Of a DNA stretch of 33,907 nucleotides, positions 10,054-18,469 are shown piece after piece. This DNA comes from Clostridiales bacterium (GTDB lineage Bacteria > Bacillota > Clostridia > Lachnospirales > Lachnospiraceae), in NCBI GenBank assembly GCA_021204765.1, contig JAJPYU010000233.1:1-33907 (forward strand). The letters are read 5' to 3'. Positions within the stretch are counted from its first letter, which is position 1. The number at the start of each line of letters is the position of its first letter. The position numbers were made by a program, and so were the translations under genes. The notes beneath the pieces were generated by a model. The model was given only the letters and a program-made list of their open reading frames with translations. It had not been told where the DNA came from and ran no database searches.

Positions 10054-11365
10054 TTGAATCTCCTTCGTCCTGTCTCAATATGTATAAGCCCTGTATGATC
10101 GCAAACATCACGATGGTACAGAGTATCGAACTTCCTCCGTAACTGACCAGTGGCAGGGTAAGCCCTGTCGAGGGTATGAATTTGATGACGCCTCCAACAT
10201 TTAAGATGACCTGTATCCCATAGACACAGCCCAATCCCAACGCGATCATCTTGTAAAAAGGATCCTTTATCTGCATTGCTATATTCAAAAACATGATAAA
10301 GCAGGAAAAGCACACCAGTATGATACATATCCCGAAAATGATGCCCATCTCCTCACAGATGGCTGAGAAGACGAAATCCGAGCTGGCCACCGGGATTTTA
10401 TTGGGAAGACCCTGATAGAGTCCCATGCCGAACCAACCGCCGGTGCCTATGGCAAAGAGGGACTGAGCCACCTGCCATCCGCTGCCGTCAATATTTGCAA
10501 AGGGATCCCTCCAGGCCTCCACCCTTACCCTCACGTGGGAAAAAAGCCTGTCCGCCGCAAGGGCAGCCAGGACTCCAACGCCAATTCCCGCGAAAAGGTA
10601 AGACGGTTTCCTGGTCGCTGCCCAGAGCATGATGACGTAAGTGATGAAAAATATCAGCGCCGAACCCAGATCCGTGGATAATACCAGGATGATCACGTGC
10701 AGCGCCGCCACCACCGTGGTAATGCAGATCTGCTTAAATGTGGTGGATCTGTAAAACATGCAGGCCACGTAGAAGACGAATATTATCTTCACGAACTCCG
10801 AGGGCTGCAGGGTGATCCCTGCTATGGTAAAGGAAATATTGGCGCCGCCTGATACCCTTCCGAAAAGGAGTACCGCAGCCAGGGCGACTATCCCCACCCC
10901 GGCGTAAATCCAGGTAAACTTCCTCAGGGCGTGGAGCTTTCTGATAAGCTGGGGGATGAACACTGTCACCACTATGGCTATGGCCGCGATAGAGAACTGC
11001 TTCACCGCTGAGGAGTAGTCCAGGCGAGTCAGGATGATGAAACCTATCATCAACAGCATGCACATGTGGTTTACCACCAGTCGGGCTGACTTCTTATAGA
11101 TGAGCCGGTAAATTATAAATACAACAATGAAGAACACCAGCTGCATAGCATAGAACATCAGGTATTTTATCTCCTGCTGGTTCCCGAAAATGACAATGTA
11201 TGCGTCCAGGTGGATCAGGAACATACAGGTGGTCTGCGTGCGAAACATCCTCTTCTGCCGTTTGCCGCCTTCCCTGGCAGCCAGAACGGTGAAGCTGTAG
11301 TAGGCATAAAAGGCGAAAAGTATGATCATCAGATATTTGGATAATTCGGTTATGAGATGTATCAT
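9854..11365 (-). CDS. FtsW/RodA/SpoVE (SEDS) family peptidoglycan glycosyltransferase
   Basis: Polytopic membrane protein with QPSEFVK, DLGSA, SDFVFSAICEE and TGLTLPLVSYGGSS motifs. Confidence 0.94.
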   Translation of the reverse strand: MIHLITELSKYLMIILFAFYAYYSFTVLAAREGGKRQKRMFRTQTTCMFLIHLDAYIVIFGNQQEIKYLMFYAMQLVFFIVVFIIYRLIYKKSARLVVNHMCMLLMIGFIILTRLDYSSAVKQFSIAAIAIVVTVFIPQLIRKLHALRKFTWIYAGVGIVALAAVLLFGRVSGGANISFTIAGITLQPSEFVKIIFVFYVACMFYRSTTFKQICITTVVAALHVIILVLSTDLGSALIFFITYVIMLWAATRKPSYLFAGIGVGVLAALAADRLFSHVRVRVEAWRDPFANIDGSGWQVAQSLFAIGTGGWFGMGLYQGLPNKIPVASSDFVFSAICEEMGIIFGICIILVCFSCFIMFLNIAMQIKDPFYKMIALGLGCVYGIQVILNVGGVIKFIPSTGLTLPLVSYGGSSILCTIVMFAIIQGLYILRQDEGDSNVQAREKSKQQSGGSRDNRSGWEDGKKADQSQTRQQAVRTGVESDEDELSKKIEEQTRWEDMEELW

Positions 11366-11439
11366 GCTCTTACCTCATCTGCATTTTCGTGCCGGGCGCT
11401 GTATAATCTTTCCCGAAAAATGCCTGTCTGTCTGTTTTC

Positions 11440-13803
11440 TCACTGCACTCCCCTGTGGAAGTGTCCGTTGGTGAAGCTTCCGCTGTCTGCGGGAGGATCA
11501 ATGCTCTCTCCCAGTATAAACGCCCGGACGAATGTGTCAAGTATGCGGCCGCATTCCAGCGCGGACTCCGTGGTAAAGGAGATCCTGTATGAGCCAAAGC
11601 CCAGGTCTGCTATCTCTCCCGCCCTGTGAAGGAGATTTAACGGGCGGCTGTTATAAATGATATTAAGGCCGTCCCTGCAGCAGCGCCTCACAAAAAATTC
11701 TCGTCCCGTCCTGTCTGAGAGATAAAATTCCTTCTGATCTGCGCTTCCTTTCTGGCAGCCGAAATAATTCTTGTGGAGGCAGTTTGCGGTAACCATCACG
11801 GGCTGGTAACCGTATAGGGTAAATTCTGCTGCATCATTCGGCATATGGGACAGTTCTCCGCGGTTAAGCTCAGGGGAAGCTGTATAGCCGCTTATACCCG
11901 TCTCTGAAAAGGCCTGCCAGGCCCGGGGCGAAAAGACATATGCACTGCCATCCAGACGGATATGCTCTCTCCTGTCAGGCAAATGCGTCAGGCAATAGCC
12001 AAGGCTGTCATAGCTTCTGGCCCATAGCAGGTCGAATCGTGAGTAAATCTCATCCCAGGCGGGGCTGTCAAACACTTCCTGCGGCTCACTGCCAAACACA
12101 TAAGGAAAACAGAAACCGCTCTGCCTGCCTGCGGAGACTGTGCGTCGGCGATATTCTTCTATATCATTTAAAAACTTTTCACTCCGGTAAATCCCCTTCT
12201 CAAAATATTTTTTCTCATTCGTTCCCAAATCAAGGGATACCATATCCACGACAGGGGATGCCAGGACGATTTCCAACTGTGTGATGTCAGAGACCACGGC
12301 ATTGAGAAGGGGACGCTTTTTTTCTGAATATGCAGGTGAGATCAATTGTTTATCAGCACCTGATCTTTTATCTCCACGACTGGCATGGTCCACATTATCA
12401 AGAGAGATCCCCTCCATATTATTTTTTGGTACAGCAGCTTCAGGGGCAGTCCGCCTGAAGCAGTGTAACATTCCCTCCCGCAATTGAAAAAGAGCAGTCC
12501 TGCGAAGCTCATTTATCTGCCCGATGGGGACGAAACAGTTCTCTTCCGCTTCGACTTCAAGTTTTGAGAAAGCAAAGGAAGTATCACCGGTCTTTTCTAT
12601 TCTCCTTTTTATCCCGGCTGCCTCAACCGGACGGCTTTTAGCGATCTGCGCTACAGGGCCTGTGACAGCCACTGATCGACACACAGCAGATGCCCTACCT
12701 TTATTTGGCAGTCCGTTTACTTTTTCTGATGATGCATTGATATTTTCATCATCTGCGACAGAAACCGTCAGTTCCACAGCCTCATCTGATTTTATTTTAA
12801 TTTTTCCCTCTATGGGAATGGGCAAAAGCGGCCAATTATTCTTTTCATCTGTTCCCGGAGCTGTGTGGGATGATGCCTCCGGAGTCACCATCTCTCTCCC
12901 GCTCCACTCCCCATAATAGCCTTTAGTGAAGCCGCTGCGGTTTCCTAAAGCCATGAGGGTATCAATATCCTTTTTTGACACATGGAAATCTGCCGGCCCC
13001 TCCTCATATATGTCCATATATTTTCTGTAAATGGCGGTGACTCCCGCGGCATACTCCAGGGATTTCATCCGCCCCTCTATCTTAAAAGAGTACACTCCTG
13101 CCTCGCTAAGCTTCGGGATCAGCTCTATGGCGCACAAGTCTTTAAGACTTAAAGGATATGATCCCCTGCCGGGATAGACTGTCCCATTCTGATCCATTAC
13201 CTTATAAGGCAGACGGCAGGGCTGGGCGCAGCGTCCTCTGTTTCCGCTCCTGGCTCCAATGAGACTGCTCATAAGGCAATCCCCTGAATAGCAGTAACAG
13301 AGAGCTCCATGGATAAAGCATTCCAGCTCCATCCCGGTCTTATCATATATGTCGCGGATGTCTGTCAGGGTGAGTTCCCGGGCAGGAATGATGCGCTTTG
13401 CGCCCATATTTTTGAGAAATTTAGCGCCATAGGCAGAAGCCACGGACATCTGGGTACTGACATGTATTGGCAGATCCGGAAAATATTTTTTGATAAAGGA
13501 AAACACGCCAAAATCCTGAACGATAATGGCATCAAGCCCTCTCTCATAGAAAGGCAGAATATAATCATGGAGTTCTCGGCCCATCTCCTTACCTTTAAGG
13601 AGGGTATTAACCGCAAGAAAGACTTTCCGGCCGTATAAATGAGCCAGGTCGATGGCGTCAAGTATTTCCCCAGGGCTGAAATTAGGCGCAAGAGCCCTGG
13701 CGCTGTAACGGTCGCCGCCTAAGTAGACAGCGTCAGCTCCGGCGGCGAGGACAGCCTTAAAGACGGGAAATGACCCTGCCGGAGACAGAAGCTCGTGTTT
13801 CAT
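11440..13803 (-). CDS. Peptidase U32 family protein, long form (RlhA-like / DUF3656)
   Basis: ELLSPAG, GADAVYLG, HGALCYCYSGDC, NRGRCAQPCR and KIEGRMK motifs; 787 aa. Confidence 0.9.
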   Translation of the reverse strand: MKHELLSPAGSFPVFKAVLAAGADAVYLGGDRYSARALAPNFSPGEILDAIDLAHLYGRKVFLAVNTLLKGKEMGRELHDYILPFYERGLDAIIVQDFGVFSFIKKYFPDLPIHVSTQMSVASAYGAKFLKNMGAKRIIPARELTLTDIRDIYDKTGMELECFIHGALCYCYSGDCLMSSLIGARSGNRGRCAQPCRLPYKVMDQNGTVYPGRGSYPLSLKDLCAIELIPKLSEAGVYSFKIEGRMKSLEYAAGVTAIYRKYMDIYEEGPADFHVSKKDIDTLMALGNRSGFTKGYYGEWSGREMVTPEASSHTAPGTDEKNNWPLLPIPIEGKIKIKSDEAVELTVSVADDENINASSEKVNGLPNKGRASAVCRSVAVTGPVAQIAKSRPVEAAGIKRRIEKTGDTSFAFSKLEVEAEENCFVPIGQINELRRTALFQLREGMLHCFRRTAPEAAVPKNNMEGISLDNVDHASRGDKRSGADKQLISPAYSEKKRPLLNAVVSDITQLEIVLASPVVDMVSLDLGTNEKKYFEKGIYRSEKFLNDIEEYRRRTVSAGRQSGFCFPYVFGSEPQEVFDSPAWDEIYSRFDLLWARSYDSLGYCLTHLPDRREHIRLDGSAYVFSPRAWQAFSETGISGYTASPELNRGELSHMPNDAAEFTLYGYQPVMVTANCLHKNYFGCQKGSADQKEFYLSDRTGREFFVRRCCRDGLNIIYNSRPLNLLHRAGEIADLGFGSYRISFTTESALECGRILDTFVRAFILGESIDPPADSGSFTNGHFHRGVQ

Positions 13804-14135
13804 TTTCTCCTCTTTCCCTCATAGCGCTCCAGGCGAAGCTCGGCGTCCACCAGGCGCTGTTTCGTCTCGGAAAGCTCATTCTCACGCAGCTGCAGGTCGG
13901 CTTCCAGCTGTTCCTCCTTCTCCTGGGCAGCGATGAGCTCCTCAGCGATATTCAGCTCAATGAGCAGGGGCTTCATGTCCGTGGGCAGGGCGTGGTAGGC
14001 CTCCGTGCCCTCCATCTTGCGTATCATACGGTTGACGCAGGATGCCACCTTCTGAATATGGAGCTCGTCCTCGGCCCCGCTCATGGTAAGGACTTTGCCG
14101 CCTATGACGACCTGCACCTCATTCTTTTCGTTCAT
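13800..14135 (-). CDS. zapA: Cell division protein ZapA family
   Basis: V.IGGKV.T.SG.E.E.HIQKVA..VN head plus C-terminal coiled coil; start moved to ATG 14135 because of the GAGGTG SD. Confidence 0.8.
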   Translation of the reverse strand: MNEKNEVQVVIGGKVLTMSGAEDELHIQKVASCVNRMIRKMEGTEAYHALPTDMKPLLIELNIAEELIAAQEKEEQLEADLQLRENELSETKQRLVDAELRLERYEGKRRK

Positions 14136-14182
14136 GATATTCACCTCGTGAAAAAATGGTTTTATTATATAATTATTTATGT

Positions 14183-14267
14183 GAGGTAGCTTCGTAAGGT
14201 AATATAGTGGTTTTCACAAATCAGCTGAATGATTTGTGAAAACAATATTACCTGACTCAGCCACCGC
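14183..14267. repeat. Long intergenic palindrome between ruvB and zapA
   Basis: Perfect 14-bp arms GTTTTCACAAATCA (14210-14223) / TGATTTGTGAAAAC (14230-14243), extended by AGGTAATAT/ATATTACCT. Confidence 0.75.
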
Positions 14268-14377
14268 TAAGTTTATCTATGACAGCTGATTATATATTTA
14301 CATTTACACATGCGATAAAACTTTATTTTCTCCCTGGGTGGGTGAAATATCACTCTCTCGATGGGCGGTTTTGAATT

Positions 14378-15373
14378 TCAATCTCTGGGGAGGCCAAAAT
14401 GCGCATAAGCCAACTCTGTTGCAACCCTGCCCTTAGGCGTTCGATTAATGAATCCATTTTTCACTAAATACGGTTCATAGACTTCCTCGATGGTACCCGA
14501 GTCTTCCCCTATGGCAGCGGCAAGGGTATCCAGTCCGACAGGGCCGCCGGAGAACTTCTGTATGATGGTCAAAAGTATCATGCGGTCGTTCTGGTCCAGG
14601 CCCAGACTGTCTACTTCCAAAAGGTTCAGGGCAAAGGCAGCGACTTCCCTGGTAATGATGCCGTCGTATTTGACCTGGGCAAAGTCGCGAACCCGCTTAA
14701 GGAGGCGGTTAGCCAGCCGGGGTGTGCCACGGGAACGGCTGGCCAGCTCTACGGCCCCTTCCTCTTCTATCTCCACGGAAAGCTTCGCCGCGGACTGCAG
14801 GATAATGGTCTTAAGCTCCTCCACCGTATAGAACTCCAGATGCTGTATAACGCCGAAGCGGTCTCTCAAAGGAGCGGTCAACAGGCCGGCTCTGGTGGTG
14901 GCTCCCACGAGGGTGAAATGGGGCAGGTCAAGGCGGATGGAGCGGGCGCTGGCACCCTTTCCTATCATTATGTCTATGGCGTAATCCTCCATAGCCGGAT
15001 AAAGTACTTCCTCCACCTGGCGGTTTAAGCGGTGTATCTCGTCCACGAAGAGGAGATCGTTCTCCTGGAGATTGCTTAAGATAGAGGCCATCTCTCCGGG
15101 CCTGGCTATGGCCGGACCGGAAGTCACTTTCATGTGGACGCCCATCTCGTTGGCAATAATGCCGGCCAGAGTGGTCTTTCCCAGTCCGGGAGGACCATAA
15201 AAGAGGACGTGGTCCAGGGGCTCTTTCCTTTGGCGGGCCGCCTCGATGTAGACCCGCAGGGTGTCCTTTATCTTCTCCTGCCCGATATATTCGGAAAAGG
15301 TAGTCGGCCGCAGGCTGTACTCCGTGCGGACATCCTCCTCCTGTATCTGTGTGGAAATAACTCGTTTTTCCAT
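14378..15373 (-). CDS. ruvB: Holliday junction branch migration helicase RuvB
   Basis: [30 protein letters not shown] and [12 protein letters not shown] motifs. Confidence 0.98.
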   Translation of the reverse strand: MEKRVISTQIQEEDVRTEYSLRPTTFSEYIGQEKIKDTLRVYIEAARQRKEPLDHVLFYGPPGLGKTTLAGIIANEMGVHMKVTSGPAIARPGEMASILSNLQENDLLFVDEIHRLNRQVEEVLYPAMEDYAIDIMIGKGASARSIRLDLPHFTLVGATTRAGLLTAPLRDRFGVIQHLEFYTVEELKTIILQSAAKLSVEIEEEGAVELASRSRGTPRLANRLLKRVRDFAQVKYDGIITREVAAFALNLLEVDSLGLDQNDRMILLTIIQKFSGGPVGLDTLAAAIGEDSGTIEEVYEPYLVKNGFINRTPKGRVATELAYAHFGLPRD

Positions 15374-15397
15374 TTGGTACTCCCAATTTATATATTT

Positions 15398-15565
15398 TAA
15401 GGCGCTCGCGTGAAAATGAGTTCATTTACGGGCACGCAGCTAACGTATACACTCTCACAGCTGCGCACGCTTTCACACTAAGTTAGAAAAAACCTCGCTA
15501 GGTATTCAATGTGTAAGCTCGCCAAAACTCGCTGAGCGTTCGCAGCACTCCGCTCTCGCCGTCAA
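15398..15565 (+). repeat. Dispersed MITE/REP-like element, long copy (between ruvA and ruvB)
   Basis: Both ends match the reverse complement of 18343-18407: TAAGGCGCTCGCGTGAAAATrAGTTC..TTACG and CTCrCTGAGyGTTCGC..CGCCGTyAA. Confidence 0.7.
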
Positions 15566-15571
15566 GCTTTC

Positions 15572-16183
15572 CTACATTATAGCCATATTTTTAAGTGCCT
15601 GTTTAAGTATAGTCTCTACATCATCTTCGTCCGTGATCTCTATGCCCGCCAGGACATGAGCTGCGTCCGAGGCAGAATACCCCAGAGCAGTGAGAGCCTC
15701 GATGGTCTCCTTTCTGACCACACTGTTCCCGGAATACACAGATACAGGAGCTTCGGTGGACGCCGTCTCCAGGGCGTCGTCCAGGCTCACCTTGTCCTTC
15801 AGCTCGATAATAAGGCGCTGCGCCGTCTTCTTCCCGACGCCCGGAGCCCGGGAAATAGTCTTATCGTCATCGCTGACCACAGCGAAGCGGATGTCATTGG
15901 CGGAGAGGGACGAGAGTATGGCTATGGCTCCCTTGGGCCCTATTCCGGACACGTTTATCAGCAGCAGGAACATGGATAGTTCGTCTCTGGACACAAATCC
16001 ATAGAGCATAAAGGCGTCCTCCCTGACATAGAGATAGGTGTAAATCTTTACCTGATGCCCCGTCCCGGGCAGCTCATCCATCAGACGCAAAGGCACATAG
16101 ATCTGATAGCCTATGCCCTGATTGTCCACCACTATGTAATCTTCTCTGACCTCTTCCAGGGTCCCGCTTATATAACTGTACAT
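15572..16183 (-). CDS. ruvA: Holliday junction branch migration protein RuvA
   Basis: MYSYISG, VRED..LYGF, VSGIGPK, PGVGKKTAQR and EALTALGY motifs. Confidence 0.98.
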   Translation of the reverse strand: MYSYISGTLEEVREDYIVVDNQGIGYQIYVPLRLMDELPGTGHQVKIYTYLYVREDAFMLYGFVSRDELSMFLLLINVSGIGPKGAIAILSSLSANDIRFAVVSDDDKTISRAPGVGKKTAQRLIIELKDKVSLDDALETASTEAPVSVYSGNSVVRKETIEALTALGYSASDAAHVLAGIEITDEDDVETILKQALKNMAIM

Positions 16184-16282
16184 GATTACCTTTCTCTTAC
16201 TCAGATTTTAATTTAAAAACTATCCCTCAGTTTGGCGCTGATAAATATATACATGCATCTTTCAGCAGATCCCTTTAAAGAG

Positions 16283-16678
16283 CTACTGCACAATTGCATC
16301 AAAATCGGCTTCCTCATCAGAAGATATTACTTCTACCACTATCTTATTCGGCAGGCAGATGATGGTCTCTTTTTCCGCCGATATAGGTGACATATTCACG
16401 CATATCTGATCCGGGCAGTCGGCCTCGATCATATCCGCTTCACCATCCTCGATGACCAGCGTATTTGTGACCTTACCGCCGCTTACTATCTCTATCTCCT
16501 GATCCTCAGTAAGGTCATAATCCCCGAAGGTCTCACCATCCACAGTGACTCTTACCACATTCCCCGAGTCCCGATCCCTTAAAACAAAGATCAGCAGCAC
16601 CATCAGCAGCACCGCAAAAATCACGGCCAGCAATATGATCTCTTTTCTGCCGATTTTCTTATCATTCACCATAATCAT
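16283..16678 (-). CDS. NusG domain II-containing membrane-anchored protein (Lin0431/DUF1312-like)
   Basis: N-terminal TM helix, ADCPDQICV and IICLPNKIVV motifs; candidate promoter TTGTAA-17-TATAAT at 16719-16691. Start may be 16672. Confidence 0.85.
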   Translation of the reverse strand: MIMVNDKKIGRKEIILLAVIFAVLLMVLLIFVLRDRDSGNVVRVTVDGETFGDYDLTEDQEIEIVSGGKVTNTLVIEDGEADMIEADCPDQICVNMSPISAEKETIICLPNKIVVEVISSDEEADFDAIVQ

Positions 16679-16728
16679 CGACCCCAGAGAATTATAGCAA
16701 ACATTCTACCGCATTACAATCAAAACAA

Positions 16729-18336
16729 CTACATCATCATTGATCCTATATAATAAAATCCCCTGCACTTGTCTAATCTCACCGGCACAATCTTTCCTAT
16801 AAGACTATCATCTCCCGGAAGATGAACTACAGAGTTATTGCCCAAACGTCCCGTGACCAGGCTGGCATCCTGCTTATTTATGCTCTCCACTAATACGTCC
16901 TGAATCTGTCCGGTGAGTTCAGCAGACTTCTCTGCGGCTATGCTTTGCACTTCCTTTAAAAGTCTGTCAAATCGTTCCTTGGCTACAGCCTCCGGAATCT
17001 GGTCCTCCATGGCAGCCGCAGGCGTCCCGCTTCTCTTTGAATAGAGGAAGGTGAAAGCACTATCGTAGCGCACTTTTCTTACAACATCTAATGTCTCCTC
17101 GAAATCCTCCTCCGTCTCCCCGGGGAAGCCCACTATAATGTCTGTAGTAATTGCAATATCCGGCACGGCCGCCCGTATCTTCTCAACCAACTCCAGATAA
17201 TGCTCCCTGGTGTACTTTCGGTTCATTATCTTAAGCAAACGACTGCTCCCGGACTGAAGCGGCAGATGCAGATGATGGCAGATCTTCTTTGACTTTCCCA
17301 TGACCTCTATCAGCTCGTCGGAGAGATCTTTTGGATGGGAAGTCATAAAGCGTATACGCTCCAGGCCGTCGATCTCCTCTATCCGCCTTAGAAGCTCAGC
17401 AAAAGATACAGGCTCATCCAGATTCTTTCCATAGGAGTTCACATTCTGTCCCAGCAGCATGACCTCAATGACTCCGTCAGCGACCAGAGCTTTTATCTCG
17501 TCGATAATCTCCTCGGGCCGTCTGCTTCTCTCCCGTCCCCTCACGTAAGGAACTATACAGTAGCTGCAGAAATTATTGCATCCGAACATGATGTTGACGC
17601 CGCTCTTGAATAAATATTTACGCTCATTTGGCAGCTGCTCCACCACCTGGTCCGTGTCCTGCCAGATATCCACAACCATGCCGGATCTTACATGAACAGT
17701 TTTATTTTCTTTTATTTTCCGGGCCGGAACATCTTCGGCTTCTCCCTGATTCACTCTAAAGGCATATCCTTTTTTTGCTTCCTCATACCCAGGCTGCTCC
17801 TGACCTCCCCCTGCAGGCTGCGCATCTGTTATATTATATTCTCTATTCTCATACACTTCGACCAACAGCTCCGGCAATTTGAAAATATTATGCGTCCCGA
17901 AGATCAGATCCACGAAGCTGTAACTCTTTTTTATCTTCTCTACGACCTGGCTCTCCTGCATCATGCAGCCGCAGAGCGCCACTATCATGTGCGGATTTTT
18001 CCTCTTATATCCATTCAGGTATCCTAACCTGCCGTAGACCCTGAGGTTCGCGTTCTCCCTCACCGTGCAGGTGTTGTACAGGGTAAAATCCGCGTCCTCG
18101 CTTACAGTCTGTTCATATCCAATGGCCTTTAAGATCCCGCAGAGCTTCTCCGAGTCCCTGGCATTCATCTGACATCCGAATGTGCAGACGCAGAAAGTCA
18201 GCTTCCGCCCGACTTCCGCCTCGAGGTGCCCCAGATACGCTCGCGCCCGCGCAATGAAGTAATACTGCCGCTCGGGCTCCGCTACAGGCGCATCTCTGCT
18301 AATATTTATTTCATCAAAATTAATGTTATTAACCAT
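16729..18336 (-). CDS. miaB: tRNA-2-methylthio-N6-dimethylallyladenosine synthase MiaB
   Basis: TFGCQMN, NTCTVRENA, GCM, radical SAM CNNFCSYC, DIIVGFPGET and a C-terminal TRAM-like region. Confidence 0.96.
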   Translation of the reverse strand: MVNNINFDEINISRDAPVAEPERQYYFIARARAYLGHLEAEVGRKLTFCVCTFGCQMNARDSEKLCGILKAIGYEQTVSEDADFTLYNTCTVRENANLRVYGRLGYLNGYKRKNPHMIVALCGCMMQESQVVEKIKKSYSFVDLIFGTHNIFKLPELLVEVYENREYNITDAQPAGGGQEQPGYEEAKKGYAFRVNQGEAEDVPARKIKENKTVHVRSGMVVDIWQDTDQVVEQLPNERKYLFKSGVNIMFGCNNFCSYCIVPYVRGRERSRRPEEIIDEIKALVADGVIEVMLLGQNVNSYGKNLDEPVSFAELLRRIEEIDGLERIRFMTSHPKDLSDELIEVMGKSKKICHHLHLPLQSGSSRLLKIMNRKYTREHYLELVEKIRAAVPDIAITTDIIVGFPGETEEDFEETLDVVRKVRYDSAFTFLYSKRSGTPAAAMEDQIPEAVAKERFDRLLKEVQSIAAEKSAELTGQIQDVLVESINKQDASLVTGRLGNNSVVHLPGDDSLIGKIVPVRLDKCRGFYYIGSMMM

Positions 18337-18342
18337 AATATT

Positions 18343-18407
18343 TTAACGGCGCAATCCCGCGAACACTCAGTGAGCGTAAGCGAACTTATTTTCACGCGAG
18401 CGCCTTA
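18343..18407 (-). repeat. Dispersed MITE/REP-like element, short copy (immediately upstream of miaB)
   Basis: Consists of the two ends of the 15398-15565 element without its middle; inverted orientation. Confidence 0.7.
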
Positions 18408-18423
18408 TATACTTTTACAGAAC

Positions 18424-18449
18424 ATGCGCCGGGAGTATTCCCGGCGCAT
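18424..18449 (-). terminator. Hairpin downstream of hydA, probable operon terminator
   Basis: Perfect 11-bp stem ATGCGCCGGGA/TCCCGGCGCAT with a 4-nt loop, 20 bp after the hydA stop; U-tract is weak. Confidence 0.6.
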
Positions 18450-18469
18450 AAACTATATTTGAGCAATTA

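Noticed and set aside
11370-11597. 75-aa minus-strand ORF bridging the U32 and SEDS genes
   Set aside because: Mostly out of frame within the U32 3' end; no recognisable homology.
14213-14240. TTCACAA / TTGTGAA Rex-like half-sites
   Set aside because: Wrong orientation and spacing for a Rex operator.
14145-14377. 6S RNA candidate next to zapA
   Set aside because: The zapA-ssrS linkage is proteobacterial and downstream of zapA. This palindrome is upstream, too short, and lacks a central bubble.
16184-16282. SOS box upstream of ruvA
   Set aside because: No GAAC-N4-GTTC-like site was found by eye.
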